A stretch of DNA of 64,000 nt, taken from the NCBI GenBank assembly GCA_944392235.1, contig CALXVZ010000006.1:22664-86663 (forward strand). The letters run 5' to 3'. The notes beneath the pieces are model-generated. The model was not told where the DNA came from. It did not search any database and was given only the letters and a program-made list of their open reading frames with translations. This document shows, one piece after another, positions 28,558-37,821 of the stretch (within the stretch, counting starts at the first letter, position 1; every line of letters starts with the position of its first letter). The stretch is from an uncultured Alphaproteobacteria bacterium (GTDB lineage: Bacteria; Pseudomonadota; Alphaproteobacteria; RF32; CAG-239). The translations under genes and the position numbers were made by a program.

Positions 28558-29100
28558 ATGCATCCATGGCATCAAGTAAAACATTACTCACAATTTCCGA
28601 ATATAGTTCCAGCGATAATAGAAGTTCCTAAAGGCTCACAAGTAAAATACGAGTTAGATAAAGAAAGCGGATTAGTAAAAGTAGACCGTATATTGTATTC
28701 TTCTGTGCACTATCCTGCGAATTATGGATTTATACCTCAAACATATTGTGAAGATAATGACCCTTTAGATATATTAGTATTAGGTCAAGAAGCCATTGTT
28801 CCATTATCAATTATGCGAGCCCGCCCGATTGGCGTTATGAAGATGATTGACTGTGGAGAGGCTGATGATAAAATTATAGCCATACATGAAGATGATCCTG
28901 AGTATAATGTTTTCACAGACATATCACAATTACCCCCTCATATGTTAAAGATGCTTCAAAGATTTTTCGAAGACTACAAAGTATTAGAAAAAAAACAAGT
29001 AACCATTGAAAAATTCCTAGGTCCTGATGAAGCTAAAAAGCTGATTGAAGAAGCAAGAGAAGCTTATGAAAATAAATTTTCCAATCATACGGAAGAATAA
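28558..29100 (+). CDS. ppa: Inorganic pyrophosphatase (family I)
   Basis: [24 protein letters not shown] and GEADDKIIA motifs. Typical size of 180 aa. Confidence 0.9.
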   Translation: MHPWHQVKHYSQFPNIVPAIIEVPKGSQVKYELDKESGLVKVDRILYSSVHYPANYGFIPQTYCEDNDPLDILVLGQEAIVPLSIMRARPIGVMKMIDCGEADDKIIAIHEDDPEYNVFTDISQLPPHMLKMLQRFFEDYKVLEKKQVTIEKFLGPDEAKKLIEEAREAYENKFSNHTEE

Positions 29101-29136
29101 CAATAAGCTCATTAACAAGAGTTAATTTAAATACAA

Positions 29137-29165
29137 AAAGCGGTAGTGTAATTAACTACCGCTTT
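29137..29165. terminator. Bidirectional hairpin terminator between convergent genes
   Basis: Stem aaagcggtag/ctaccgcttt with a 9-nt loop. The U-run is better on the minus strand. Confidence 0.55.
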
Positions 29166-29184
29166 AAGTTTAGAATGAAGCAAA

Positions 29185-29820
29185 CTATGCAAATTTCTTC
29201 ACATATTCGCAACTCTTGAGAGTTTCTTCAATCGTTGCATTTTCATTGAAGACCATAATTGTTCTATCTTCAAGATATTTTTCGTGCCACAAAAAATATC
29301 GAATACCACGAGGTTTTATTTGCTGTTTTTCAATTAACAAGTCCAGATAATACTCCGGCTTGATGAGTAATGTTGTGCAGACAATTTTATCGGTTTGTTG
29401 CCCATACATACGGACATCAAAAAATCCGTATTCACAACACTCTTGCAAAGAGATGTAATACTCTTTATATACCCAGCAATACCCCAAATATTTGAAAAGA
29501 ACATTGTCATCAAAATTCCGCTGAAGAAACAGTAAAGACACCTCTTGTTCTGCAACAGGAACATGAAGTTTCTGAGAGAAAAATTCTGCAGCATCCTTTG
29601 CGGTTAAAATTAACTTCCTACACGCCCCCATTCTAACATTAGAACAAGGAGCATTGAAATTAGACAATCCATTTGGAACATCCAAAAAATCATCTACTCG
29701 TTTACGAGTTTTAGCGATTTTTTCTTCAACCTCTGGCTCAATCTGCACTTTTCCACTAACTTCTGACTGCTTGTTACTTCCTACAAATTGCAGAAAGAAA
29801 CTAAAAACTTTTTTCATCAT
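29185..29820 (-). CDS. Hypothetical protein
   Basis: 211-aa ORF, Cys- and aromatic-rich. No family recognised. Confidence 0.45.
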   Translation of the reverse strand: MMKKVFSFFLQFVGSNKQSEVSGKVQIEPEVEEKIAKTRKRVDDFLDVPNGLSNFNAPCSNVRMGACRKLILTAKDAAEFFSQKLHVPVAEQEVSLLFLQRNFDDNVLFKYLGYCWVYKEYYISLQECCEYGFFDVRMYGQQTDKIVCTTLLIKPEYYLDLLIEKQQIKPRGIRYFLWHEKYLEDRTIMVFNENATIEETLKSCEYVKKFA

Positions 29821-30444
29821 AATATAATAAAATTTTAATAAATACGATAACTTTATACTATTTTTTCACTTTTTTGTCAAGTTGCTTTTTATCACAGAAC
29901 AAATACCATTGATGTAATAATCTAGCACATCCTTTATCATGCCAACAAACGCAAAATCTCTCCACAAACAAATAAAGTAAAAAATATCCCCCCCATACAC
30001 AATTCATCATAAACAAAACTATAAACCAAATTAAAAGCTCATTTAACATCCCTTAAAGTATAATCCTTTTGCAAAACAAATTTTTCAGATATTAGTAGAA
30101 TAAACAACTCAATTTGTTCATATCTGATATCACTCTTTCGCTAAAAAAATTAGCTCTGCTCAATACTTTTCCTAACCTTCTGTCTCTTATCAATTTGAAT
30201 TAAAATGCTATATAAATTTTAAAAATTATCCCAAATGAGAACCACTCCTATTCTGGCACAATTTTCATTTCCGAACAATATTTTGCAAGAGCGAAATTTA
30301 TGTAATTGTAAGCAACAAGTAAAATAATACTCATCTAACATAATATAACATTCACATCAAAACACAATCTCGCACCTCAAACTCCATATCAAAATAAGAA
30401 AACATCATCTCAATATCTAGTTTATATTTCCTTGATATAGATAT

Positions 30445-30572
30445 CCCCGTGTAAACCCGGGGTTCTATAACAGCTACAAACCTTACGGTTTTACCACGCT
30501 CGTTGGCGTGGAGCGGTGTTGTTCCAACACCTTGGCATTCACCCCCGAGTAAACTCGGGGTTTTCTGTAAGG
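30445..30572. ncRNA. Candidate structured RNA of unknown class (GC-rich island)
   Basis: Hairpin 30445-30462 (ccccg/cgggg). Long-range helix ccttacgg (30481-88) / ctgtaagg (30565-72) encloses three hairpins: ccacgc/gcgtgg (30494-511), ggtgttg/caacacc (30515-31) and ccccgag-taaa-ctcgggg (30543-60). Markedly more G+C than its flanks. Strand and class undetermined. Confidence 0.3.
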
Positions 30573-30580
30573 AAACTAAT

Positions 30581-30607
30581 AAAAAAGAGTCGGAAATCAT
30601 CCGACTC
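30581..30607 (-). terminator. Intrinsic terminator immediately after rpoA
   Basis: Minus-strand hairpin gagtcgga-tgatt-tccgactc followed by a run of six U (A-run 30581-30586 on the + strand). Confidence 0.75.
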
Positions 30608-30631
30608 TCATACACAATATTTTAGATTCTC

Positions 30632-31642
30632 TTAAAAATGTTCATCACATTTTTTAATTAATTCTTCAATATTCTCAGGTGGCCATCCTGGAGTTTCCAT
30701 ACCCAAGTGAATACCCATCTTAGCCAAAACCTCTTTGATTTCATTCAAAGATTTTCTACCAAAGTTAGGAGTTCTGAGCATTTCAGCCTCTGTCTTTTGA
30801 ACCAAATCACCGATATAAACAATATTATCATTCTTCAAGCAGTTAGCTGAACGAACAGATAATTCGAGTTCATCAACTTTACGCAACAAGTTTCTATCGA
30901 AAGGAAGTTCTTCTTTAACATCTTCAACTTCACTTTCTGGCTCATCGAAGTTAATAAATGGCTTCAATTGATCTTGTAAGATTCTTGCAGAAAGAGCAAC
31001 AGCATCTTCAGGAGAAACAACGCCATTAGTTTCAACAACCATAGTCAACTTATCATAATCAGTATTTTGACCAACACGAGTTTTTTCAACCTTATAAGAA
31101 ACTTTTCTAACTGGAGAATAAATTGCATCAACAGCAATCACACCGATTGGAGCATCAGCAATTTTATTTTGGACAGCTGGAACATAACCTTTACCAGTTC
31201 CAACAATCAATTCCATAGAAATTTTCGCACCAGCATCCAAAGTACAAATAACATGATCTGGGTTCATAATTTCAACATCATGACCTGTCTCAATCATACC
31301 AGCAGTAACAACTGCAGGACCTTCAGCTTTCAAGCGCATTGTTTTCTGTCCTTCAGAATGAACAGCAACAGCGAGTCCTTTGATATTCAGGATAACATCG
31401 GTAACATCTTCACGAACGCCTTCGATAACGGAAAATTCATGTAAAACGCCGTCAATTTTTACTGCGGTAACAGCACCACCCTGCAAAGAAGATAACAAAA
31501 CTCTTCTCAATGCATTACCGAGAGTTAAACCAAAGCCTCTTTCTAAAGGTTCAACCACTATCTTAGCAACATTCCTGCCTTCGCCTGGAACAACCTCTAG
31601 ATTAGTTGGTTTTATAAGTTCTTGCCAATTTTTCTGAATCAC
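30632..31642 (-). CDS. rpoA: DNA-directed RNA polymerase subunit alpha
   Basis: N-terminus WQELIKP...[32 protein letters not shown]-terminal domain [24 protein letters not shown]. Confidence 0.95.
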   Translation of the reverse strand: MIQKNWQELIKPTNLEVVPGEGRNVAKIVVEPLERGFGLTLGNALRRVLLSSLQGGAVTAVKIDGVLHEFSVIEGVREDVTDVILNIKGLAVAVHSEGQKTMRLKAEGPAVVTAGMIETGHDVEIMNPDHVICTLDAGAKISMELIVGTGKGYVPAVQNKIADAPIGVIAVDAIYSPVRKVSYKVEKTRVGQNTDYDKLTMVVETNGVVSPEDAVALSARILQDQLKPFINFDEPESEVEDVKEELPFDRNLLRKVDELELSVRSANCLKNDNIVYIGDLVQKTEAEMLRTPNFGRKSLNEIKEVLAKMGIHLGMETPGWPPENIEELIKKCDEHF

Positions 31643-31724
31643 CGGAATACCCTCTTAATAGATTTATACGCAACGAAAAAACAAGCAGGAGGAAGAGTTT
31701 TCTTCCCCTGCGAAACAATAAAGA

Positions 31725-32111
31725 TTAAACTCTGCGGCGTTTTCTTAAACGGCAGCCGTTATGTGGGATTGGGGTCACATCACGGATAGAAGTAATGGTA
31801 AAGCCGATAACCTGCAAAGCTCTGATAGCGGATTCGCGTCCAGAACCTGGACCTTTAACTTCAACTTCAAGAGTTTTCATACCATTTTCCTGAGCTTTTT
31901 TACCAGCTTCTTCAGCAGCTACCTGAGCAGCATAAGGAGTAGACTTTCTTGAGCCTTTAAAGCCTTGAGCACCGGCAGTAGACCAAGAAACTGTATTACC
32001 TTGAGCATCCGTAATTGTAACTCTAGTATTATTGAATGTAGAATTCACATGAGCAACACCGGATGTGATGTTCTTTTTTTCTTTTCTTTTAATCACTGTT
32101 TTAGCCATCAC
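31725..32111 (-). CDS. rpsK: 30S ribosomal protein S11
   Basis: [43 protein letters not shown]. Confidence 0.95.
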   Translation of the reverse strand: MMAKTVIKRKEKKNITSGVAHVNSTFNNTRVTITDAQGNTVSWSTAGAQGFKGSRKSTPYAAQVAAEEAGKKAQENGMKTLEVEVKGPGSGRESAIRALQVIGFTITSIRDVTPIPHNGCRLRKRRRV

Positions 32112-32119
32112 TACCTCAC

Positions 32120-32488
32120 TTATTTCTTCTTATTAGCCACAGTCTTGCGTTTACCTTTACGGGTTCTCGCATTTTGTTTAGTACTCTGACCACGAACAGG
32201 TAAACCTTTACGATGGCGAAGACCACGATAGCAGCCCAAATCCATCAAGCGTTTAACATTTACAGCAACTTCACGACGAAGTTCACCTTCAACGAGGTAG
32301 TTTTTATCAATTACATCACGAACTTTTGCAATATCTTCATCAGACAATTCATGTACACGACGATCGCCTGCAACGCCCGCCTTTGCACAGATAACCTGTG
32401 CTGTTTCTCTTCCAATACCATAGATAGAGGTCAGTGCGATCTCTAATTTCTTGGCAGAAGGAATATTTACACCAGCTATACGAGCCAA
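32120..32488 (-). CDS. rpsM: 30S ribosomal protein S13 (TTG start)
   Basis: ARIAGVNIP...ALTSIYGIG...[23 protein letters not shown] lies 8 nt upstream of the TTG. Confidence 0.95.
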   Translation of the reverse strand: MARIAGVNIPSAKKLEIALTSIYGIGRETAQVICAKAGVAGDRRVHELSDEDIAKVRDVIDKNYLVEGELRREVAVNVKRLMDLGCYRGLRHRKGLPVRGQSTKQNARTRKGKRKTVANKKK

Positions 32489-32658
32489 ATTAACTCTCCA
32501 TTTATTTTAAACAATTAAACCATTCAAAAAGTTGATCACCACTCTTCAAAATTAATGCGGATTATAGGGCATAATTTCATAGAGTCAACACTTCTTTTAA
32601 AAAAAAGCAAAAAAAATACACAATTTTAATAAATTATTAATTTAAACAAGCCGAATCA

Positions 32659-33330
32659 TCAAGCTTCAGCGATTCCTAAAACTTTTTCTATTTTAGCAGC
32701 TACAGCATCAATTGTCCCCGTTCCATCAACACATCTAAGCAATCCCTTACTTTCAAAAAAAGGAATAGTCGGGTAAGTCAACGCTCTAAAATTAACCAAA
32801 CGATTCTGAACAGTTGTTCGATTATCATCATGACGGCGAGAAAACTCTGTCCCACCACATTCATCACAAACACCATAAACTTTAGGTTTCAAGAATTTAT
32901 CATGGTAACCTCGGCCACAATGCATACAAGCATAGCGACCTAAAATACGTTCCATAATAATTTCATCAGGAACTTGTATTTCAATAACAGCATCAAGTTT
33001 CTGCTGTTTTTTATGAAGCATTTCACCCAAAATTTGAGCTTGCACCAATGTCCGAGGAAATCCATCCAATAAAAAGCCATGCTGACAATCTTCACATCCG
33101 ATTCGCTCTTCAACCATACGAATAATCAATTCATCAGAAGCAAAACCACCATCATCCAATGCTTTTTTCAATTCCAACCCCAAAGGAGTTGCTTTTTTAA
33201 TTTCAGCACGAAGCATTTCACCTGTAGACAAATGGCAAATTCCCGCCTTTTCACACAAAATGCGAGCCTGGGTGCCTTTTCCGCACCCGGGCGCGCCGGT
33301 AAAAACAACAAACAAATTTTTATCTAACAT
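32659..33330 (-). CDS. adk: Adenylate kinase (long lid with a four-Cys cluster)
   Basis: P-loop GAPGCGKGTQA. Lid CMHCGRGYH...CDECGG. Confidence 0.9.
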   Translation of the reverse strand: MLDKNLFVVFTGAPGCGKGTQARILCEKAGICHLSTGEMLRAEIKKATPLGLELKKALDDGGFASDELIIRMVEERIGCEDCQHGFLLDGFPRTLVQAQILGEMLHKKQQKLDAVIEIQVPDEIIMERILGRYACMHCGRGYHDKFLKPKVYGVCDECGGTEFSRRHDDNRTTVQNRLVNFRALTYPTIPFFESKGLLRCVDGTGTIDAVAAKIEKVLGIAEA

Positions 33331-33333
33331 TTA

Positions 33334-34716
33334 TTATTTTTTCCTTTTGCTAACCAAAGAAGCTTTTTTCAAAAGCCCTTCATACTGATAAGCAATCAAA
33401 TGAGATTGGACTTGAGTAATAAAATCCATTGTAACTTGCACAACGATTAGCAATGTTGTTCCGCCCAAAACAAATGGAACAGATAATTTTGCGATTAATA
33501 TCTCAGGCAAGATACAAAGAGCAGCCAAGTAAAAAGCACCAAGCACAGTCAATCTTGTAACAACATAGTCAAGATACTCCGCTGTATTCTTACCTGGACG
33601 AATACCTGCAATAAATCCGCCATGTTTCTTCAAATTCTCTGCAGTTTCTTCAGGATTAACAACAACTGCCGTATAGAAGAAAGCAAAGAACACAATCAAA
33701 AAAGCATACAAAGCCAAATACAAAGGTTGACCATGGCTAAGATATCTACTCAAAGTTTGCACCCATTCCGGACCATTATTTGACCAAATATTTGCAATAG
33801 TAATCGGCAACAACAATAAAGCACTAGCAAAGATTGGAGGAATAACACCAGTAGGATTAACCTTCAAAGGAAGGTGAGAACTTTCAGCAGAGGTCATACG
33901 AAGGCCAACTTGACGCTTTGGATATTGAACTAAAATCTTTCTCTGTGCCATTTCAACCTTTAAGATAATAAACACCAAAGCAATGCTCATAACAAAAAGT
34001 CCAAGAATAACAAGAGGAGACATTGAACCAATACGTCCCAATTCCAAAGTTTGTGCAATTGCAGAAGGAATATTAGCGATAATACCAACAGTAATAATTA
34101 AAGAAGATCCATTACCAACACCGCGAGAAGTAATCTGTTCACCTAACCATACAATAAACATTGTTCCCCCTGTAAGGGAGATGATTGTTGAAAAGATAAA
34201 TGTGTAAGGAGCAATAACAACCGCACTAGATCCATCTGCATTAGCAAGGCTCATCAACCCCACAGCAATACCATAGCCTTGAATAATCGTAATCAGAACT
34301 GTTAACAATTTTGTATAATGCATCATTTTACGATGTCCTGCCTCACCTTCTTTTTTCAAGGCAGCCAAAGAAGGAACAACCGACTGCCCCAATTGTAAAA
34401 TAATTGAAGCTGAGATATAAGGCATAATATTCAATGCAAAAATAGTCATACGCTCCAACGCACCACCGGAGAACATATTAAACATTCCCAAAATTCCGCT
34501 AGAATGTCTTGCAAAAATTTCCGCAAGAACGCGAGAATCAATTCCGGGAAGAGGAATAAACGTTCCTAAACGAAAGACAATTAAAGCTAAAACCGTAAAC
34601 AAAAGACGTTTCTTTAAATCTGTAGCCTTACTAAAAACGGAAGCGTCCATATTTGCGGCCATTTTCTCTGCTAATGATACCATTTTTATTTCCTTAAAAT
34701 TATTACTTACAATCAT
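33334..34716 (-). CDS. secY: Preprotein translocase subunit SecY
   Basis: 10-TM protein with LGTFIPLPGID, GALERMTIFALNIMPYISASII and GGTTLLIVV. The true start may be Met12. Confidence 0.9.
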   Translation of the reverse strand: MIVSNNFKEIKMVSLAEKMAANMDASVFSKATDLKKRLLFTVLALIVFRLGTFIPLPGIDSRVLAEIFARHSSGILGMFNMFSGGALERMTIFALNIMPYISASIILQLGQSVVPSLAALKKEGEAGHRKMMHYTKLLTVLITIIQGYGIAVGLMSLANADGSSAVVIAPYTFIFSTIISLTGGTMFIVWLGEQITSRGVGNGSSLIITVGIIANIPSAIAQTLELGRIGSMSPLVILGLFVMSIALVFIILKVEMAQRKILVQYPKRQVGLRMTSAESSHLPLKVNPTGVIPPIFASALLLLPITIANIWSNNGPEWVQTLSRYLSHGQPLYLALYAFLIVFFAFFYTAVVVNPEETAENLKKHGGFIAGIRPGKNTAEYLDYVVTRLTVLGAFYLAALCILPEILIAKLSVPFVLGGTTLLIVVQVTMDFITQVQSHLIAYQYEGLLKKASLVSKRKK

Positions 34717-34952
34717 CTAAAAGAGTAAAACCTCTCCAAGCTCCCACGAATTTAATACATAAAATTTAATTTTGCCTTTAAAAAGTAACTTTTTCCACCG
34801 ACTTTTAAAATTTTATATTTCATTTATACACTTTAAACATACGACAACGAATATTTTTAGCAAACCACTAGACAAAACGAATATTTTATGCTATACAGAC
34901 TAAGAATAAAAAAGGAATTAAATATTTATATTAAAAGAGGAAAATATAAAAG

Positions 34953-36377
34953 ATGTCAAAAGCAAAAATAATAGCTGGAGCGGGTATCGTTATTGCCGGA
35001 GCCACTTTCTCAAAATTACCACAAAACACGAACATTCAAAAAGAAAGTGCTAATTCTACAGAAAAAGAAATAGCTGCCTACTCATCATCTACCCCTATAG
35101 TCGAAGAAAAATCTCTAAACTCAAAACGAGATGCTGAAAAAATTTATCATCGCTTTGAAGATATTCCTGCCATTAGCGACAAAGATGCTATAAAATATAA
35201 TAAAAATGAATACATCTACATCATCAATGCCGATAAATATCAAGAAACAGGAGATATTGAACTTAAACGTGTATTAAAAAATGAAGTAACCAAAGCTAAC
35301 ACACTAAGCCTTATTTATCGTAGTGAATGCCAAACATACGAACCCCAAAAAAACGAAGATCAGTTAGCAAAATACATCATAAATTTGCGCATCATGAGTA
35401 AAACTGGTATAACAAAAGGCCCATCTCAGATGGATGATAACGCCATAAAATCTTTCATAAAATATTTAGCAGCCAATCCAGAAACAAGAAAATACGTTTT
35501 ACCACTTCTGAAAACAACAAAAGGAACACCGGAAGAGGCTGCAAAAGAATTAGAGAAAAAATTTTTCGATAAAAATGGTAACTTACGTCCAATGGATGAA
35601 CGTGATGCAATTTTACATGGACATACATATAAAAACATAACAATAAAAGAGGATGCATGGCAACATTTAGCTTCAACTAAACTAAAAAAATTTATAACCC
35701 AAGAAGAACATAAAATGTCCCAAAAAGCTGGACGAGAAATTATTTTAAGCAATACAACAAAAAATTACTTATATCTTACAGAAACATTTCCATCTGAAGA
35801 GTTACTAAAACGCCAAATAGAAGACTTCAATTTAGCATTTTACCAACTAGGTCGATCAGGAAAAACAAAACATGTGACAGCTGCACTAGCACGCAGTATG
35901 AACTTAAAAGATGAACAAGGTAATTTAGATGCAACACGTATTCCGCCCTTTGCAATAGCAGCAGCAATAAGCAGTATAAATTGGCAAGGTAACGGTAACA
36001 AAGCATTAAAAGACGCTCAAAATTTAAGAAGCAAATCTTTAGGACTAACAACAGAAAAACAGAATCAAATGTTACGAGAATTAGTAAAAAATTGGGTAAC
36101 AGGAAAAAGCAAACGCTACGGTGTTGATGAAATGTATGAATTAAATATTCTAACTCCCGATATTATTCGTCAATATAGAGAATTAGAGTTATCCGGTTCT
36201 AAAGCTCTTATTGCAAACTACAATAAAGCTATAGCGCATGCCGAACAAAGAATTCAAATTGCTCAAAACACAAACAACGAGAATAATAAGAATGAAAGTA
36301 ATACAAAACAATTAAAAAAAGAAAAAACTTTCATTTTAACAGCAATAGACTTTATCCGCAGTAAAGTCAGAGGATAA
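34953..36377 (+). CDS. Hypothetical exported protein (orphan)
   Basis: 474-aa ORF with an N-terminal hydrophobic segment AKIIAGAGIVIAGATF. GAGGAAAA RBS upstream. Followed by its own terminator. Confidence 0.5.
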   Translation: MSKAKIIAGAGIVIAGATFSKLPQNTNIQKESANSTEKEIAAYSSSTPIVEEKSLNSKRDAEKIYHRFEDIPAISDKDAIKYNKNEYIYIINADKYQETGDIELKRVLKNEVTKANTLSLIYRSECQTYEPQKNEDQLAKYIINLRIMSKTGITKGPSQMDDNAIKSFIKYLAANPETRKYVLPLLKTTKGTPEEAAKELEKKFFDKNGNLRPMDERDAILHGHTYKNITIKEDAWQHLASTKLKKFITQEEHKMSQKAGREIILSNTTKNYLYLTETFPSEELLKRQIEDFNLAFYQLGRSGKTKHVTAALARSMNLKDEQGNLDATRIPPFAIAAAISSINWQGNGNKALKDAQNLRSKSLGLTTEKQNQMLRELVKNWVTGKSKRYGVDEMYELNILTPDIIRQYRELELSGSKALIANYNKAIAHAEQRIQIAQNTNNENNKNESNTKQLKKEKTFILTAIDFIRSKVRG

Positions 36378-36406
36378 GCTATATAAAAAAATATCTCACT
36401 CATAAG

Positions 36407-36430
36407 AAAAGCTCCGCAAATGGAGCTTTT
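36407..36430. terminator. Bidirectional intrinsic terminator
   Basis: Stem aaaagctcc/ggagctttt with a 6-nt loop, between convergent genes. Confidence 0.65.
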
Positions 36431-36476
36431 CTTCATATAGCAATAAAAAAGAAGAAAATATATTATACCCTAAAAA

Positions 36477-37214
36477 CTAAATCGTTTTATAATCAAAGAA
36501 CACTGGACGACGTCCTTCACGAATAGCTTTCTGCTGATATTTAGTCTTCACCCAATCTTTAGGTTCTTTACGCCAATCATCGCCACATTTAGCTGTCCAT
36601 ATAAAACCTTTCTCATTATGCATAGTTCTTAAAACATGACGCTTATAAACAGGATGATCTGTTGCAATCCTAAACAAACCTCCAACCTTTAATATTCTCT
36701 TAATTTCCTTCAAATTATCAGGATTTACAAAACGCCGTCCAGCATGTTTATTTTTTGGCCATGGGTCAGGAAAAAGCAAATAAACCTTATCAAAAAAATT
36801 ATCGGGAAGGGCTTTAAACAATAAACGCACATCATCATCAAAAACTTTAACATTTTGAACTTGAAATTCGTGAATATCGACAGTATCAGGTAAATTATCA
36901 CCTTCTTTTATACCACTAATAAGCGTGAGCAAATTAGCCACACCATTTTGAAAAACCTCCACTCCGATATAACCATTCTGAGGATTTCTAAGAGCCTGTC
37001 CAAACAAATGTTGTCCATCACCAAATCCGATTTCCAGACAAATTTCTTTTTTTTCTATTTCAAATAATGTCTGAGCGTCAAAAACCATATCAGGAGTAAT
37101 CTTCATTTGGGGTAGCATACAATCAAGAAGGAACTGTTTTGCCTTACGCACAACACGACCCTTTCTCCGCCCAAAAAACTTCGGAGTATCTGGAATCTGA
37201 TTTTGATTAAGCAT
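36477..37214 (-). CDS. trmB: tRNA (guanine46-N7)-methyltransferase
   Basis: LEIGFGDGQHL SAM motif and LLFPDPWPKNKHAGRRF. Confidence 0.85.
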   Translation of the reverse strand: MLNQNQIPDTPKFFGRRKGRVVRKAKQFLLDCMLPQMKITPDMVFDAQTLFEIEKKEICLEIGFGDGQHLFGQALRNPQNGYIGVEVFQNGVANLLTLISGIKEGDNLPDTVDIHEFQVQNVKVFDDDVRLLFKALPDNFFDKVYLLFPDPWPKNKHAGRRFVNPDNLKEIKRILKVGGLFRIATDHPVYKRHVLRTMHNEKGFIWTAKCGDDWRKEPKDWVKTKYQQKAIREGRRPVFFDYKTI

Positions 37215-37743
37215 CTGTATCTATATCATCCTTATCTTTAAGACTAGTCAGCATTAACAACAAAGCTCCTCTCGCTTTAGCAGGAAGAGAATAAAAAGCT
37301 TTAAGAAGCATAACAGCCTCTGCTCCTTGCATAGGATCAGGTCTATAATCTCCCACATCTTCTTGCAAGAACCCTGCAGTTGAACCACATGAATATTCAA
37401 CTGACGAAGAAGCCATTTCCTGAGGCAGGCCACTAAAGAAATAATCTATATCCACACCTAAAATTGCCGCAATAGTATAAAGGCGTCCAGCACCAATACG
37501 ATTAACACCTTTTTCATATTTCTGAATTTGCTGAAAAGTAATACCTAACTTTTCTGCCATTTGTTTTTGGCTTAATTGGAGTAATTTTCTACGCGCACAA
37601 ATACGAGACCCCACATAAACATCAATAGGACCAATACTACTATCGAGTAAAGCATCATCTCCAACATACTCAGATTTCTTTTTACGTCCGCGCGGCATAA
37701 ATAATCTCCTAAATAAAAAAGTTCTTATAGAAAAACAATACAC
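37207..37743 (-). CDS. XRE-family helix-turn-helix transcriptional regulator
   Basis: LSQKQMAEKLGITFQQIQKYEKGVNRIGAGRLYTIAAILGV. The start is probably at the internal MPRGRKKK. Confidence 0.7.
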   Translation of the reverse strand: MYCFSIRTFLFRRLFMPRGRKKKSEYVGDDALLDSSIGPIDVYVGSRICARRKLLQLSQKQMAEKLGITFQQIQKYEKGVNRIGAGRLYTIAAILGVDIDYFFSGLPQEMASSSVEYSCGSTAGFLQEDVGDYRPDPMQGAEAVMLLKAFYSLPAKARGALLLMLTSLKDKDDIDTDA

Positions 37744-37821
37744 TATTACTTTATAAGTTGCAATAATATTTTACATATTTACACCTAATTGCCATATAAA
37801 AAGATATAAAATTGTATACAC

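Noticed and set aside
30481-30572. The cloverleaf-like four-way junction considered as a tRNA or tRNA-like gene; SRP, 5S, 6S and RNase P RNA were also considered.
   Set aside because: The arms are 6-8 bp with 3-6-nt loops. There is no 7-nt anticodon loop, no GTTC-type T-loop, no D-loop GG and no CCA-compatible acceptor end. The conserved cores of SRP (GGAAGCAGCC-like), 5S (CCGAAC..GAAGTGAAAC) and RNase P (GAGGAAAGTCC) are absent.
30352-30615. 87-aa minus-strand ORF downstream of rpoA.
   Set aside because: It begins inside the rpoA terminator hairpin, has no RBS, and reads straight through four stable stems. The region is better explained as structured RNA or non-coding sequence.
32489-32658. 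The gap between adk and rpsM checked for a missed small ribosomal gene (rpmJ or infA).
   Set aside because: Minus-strand translation gives only a 13-codon ORF (MKLCPIIRINFEEW). Nothing resembles L36 or IF1.
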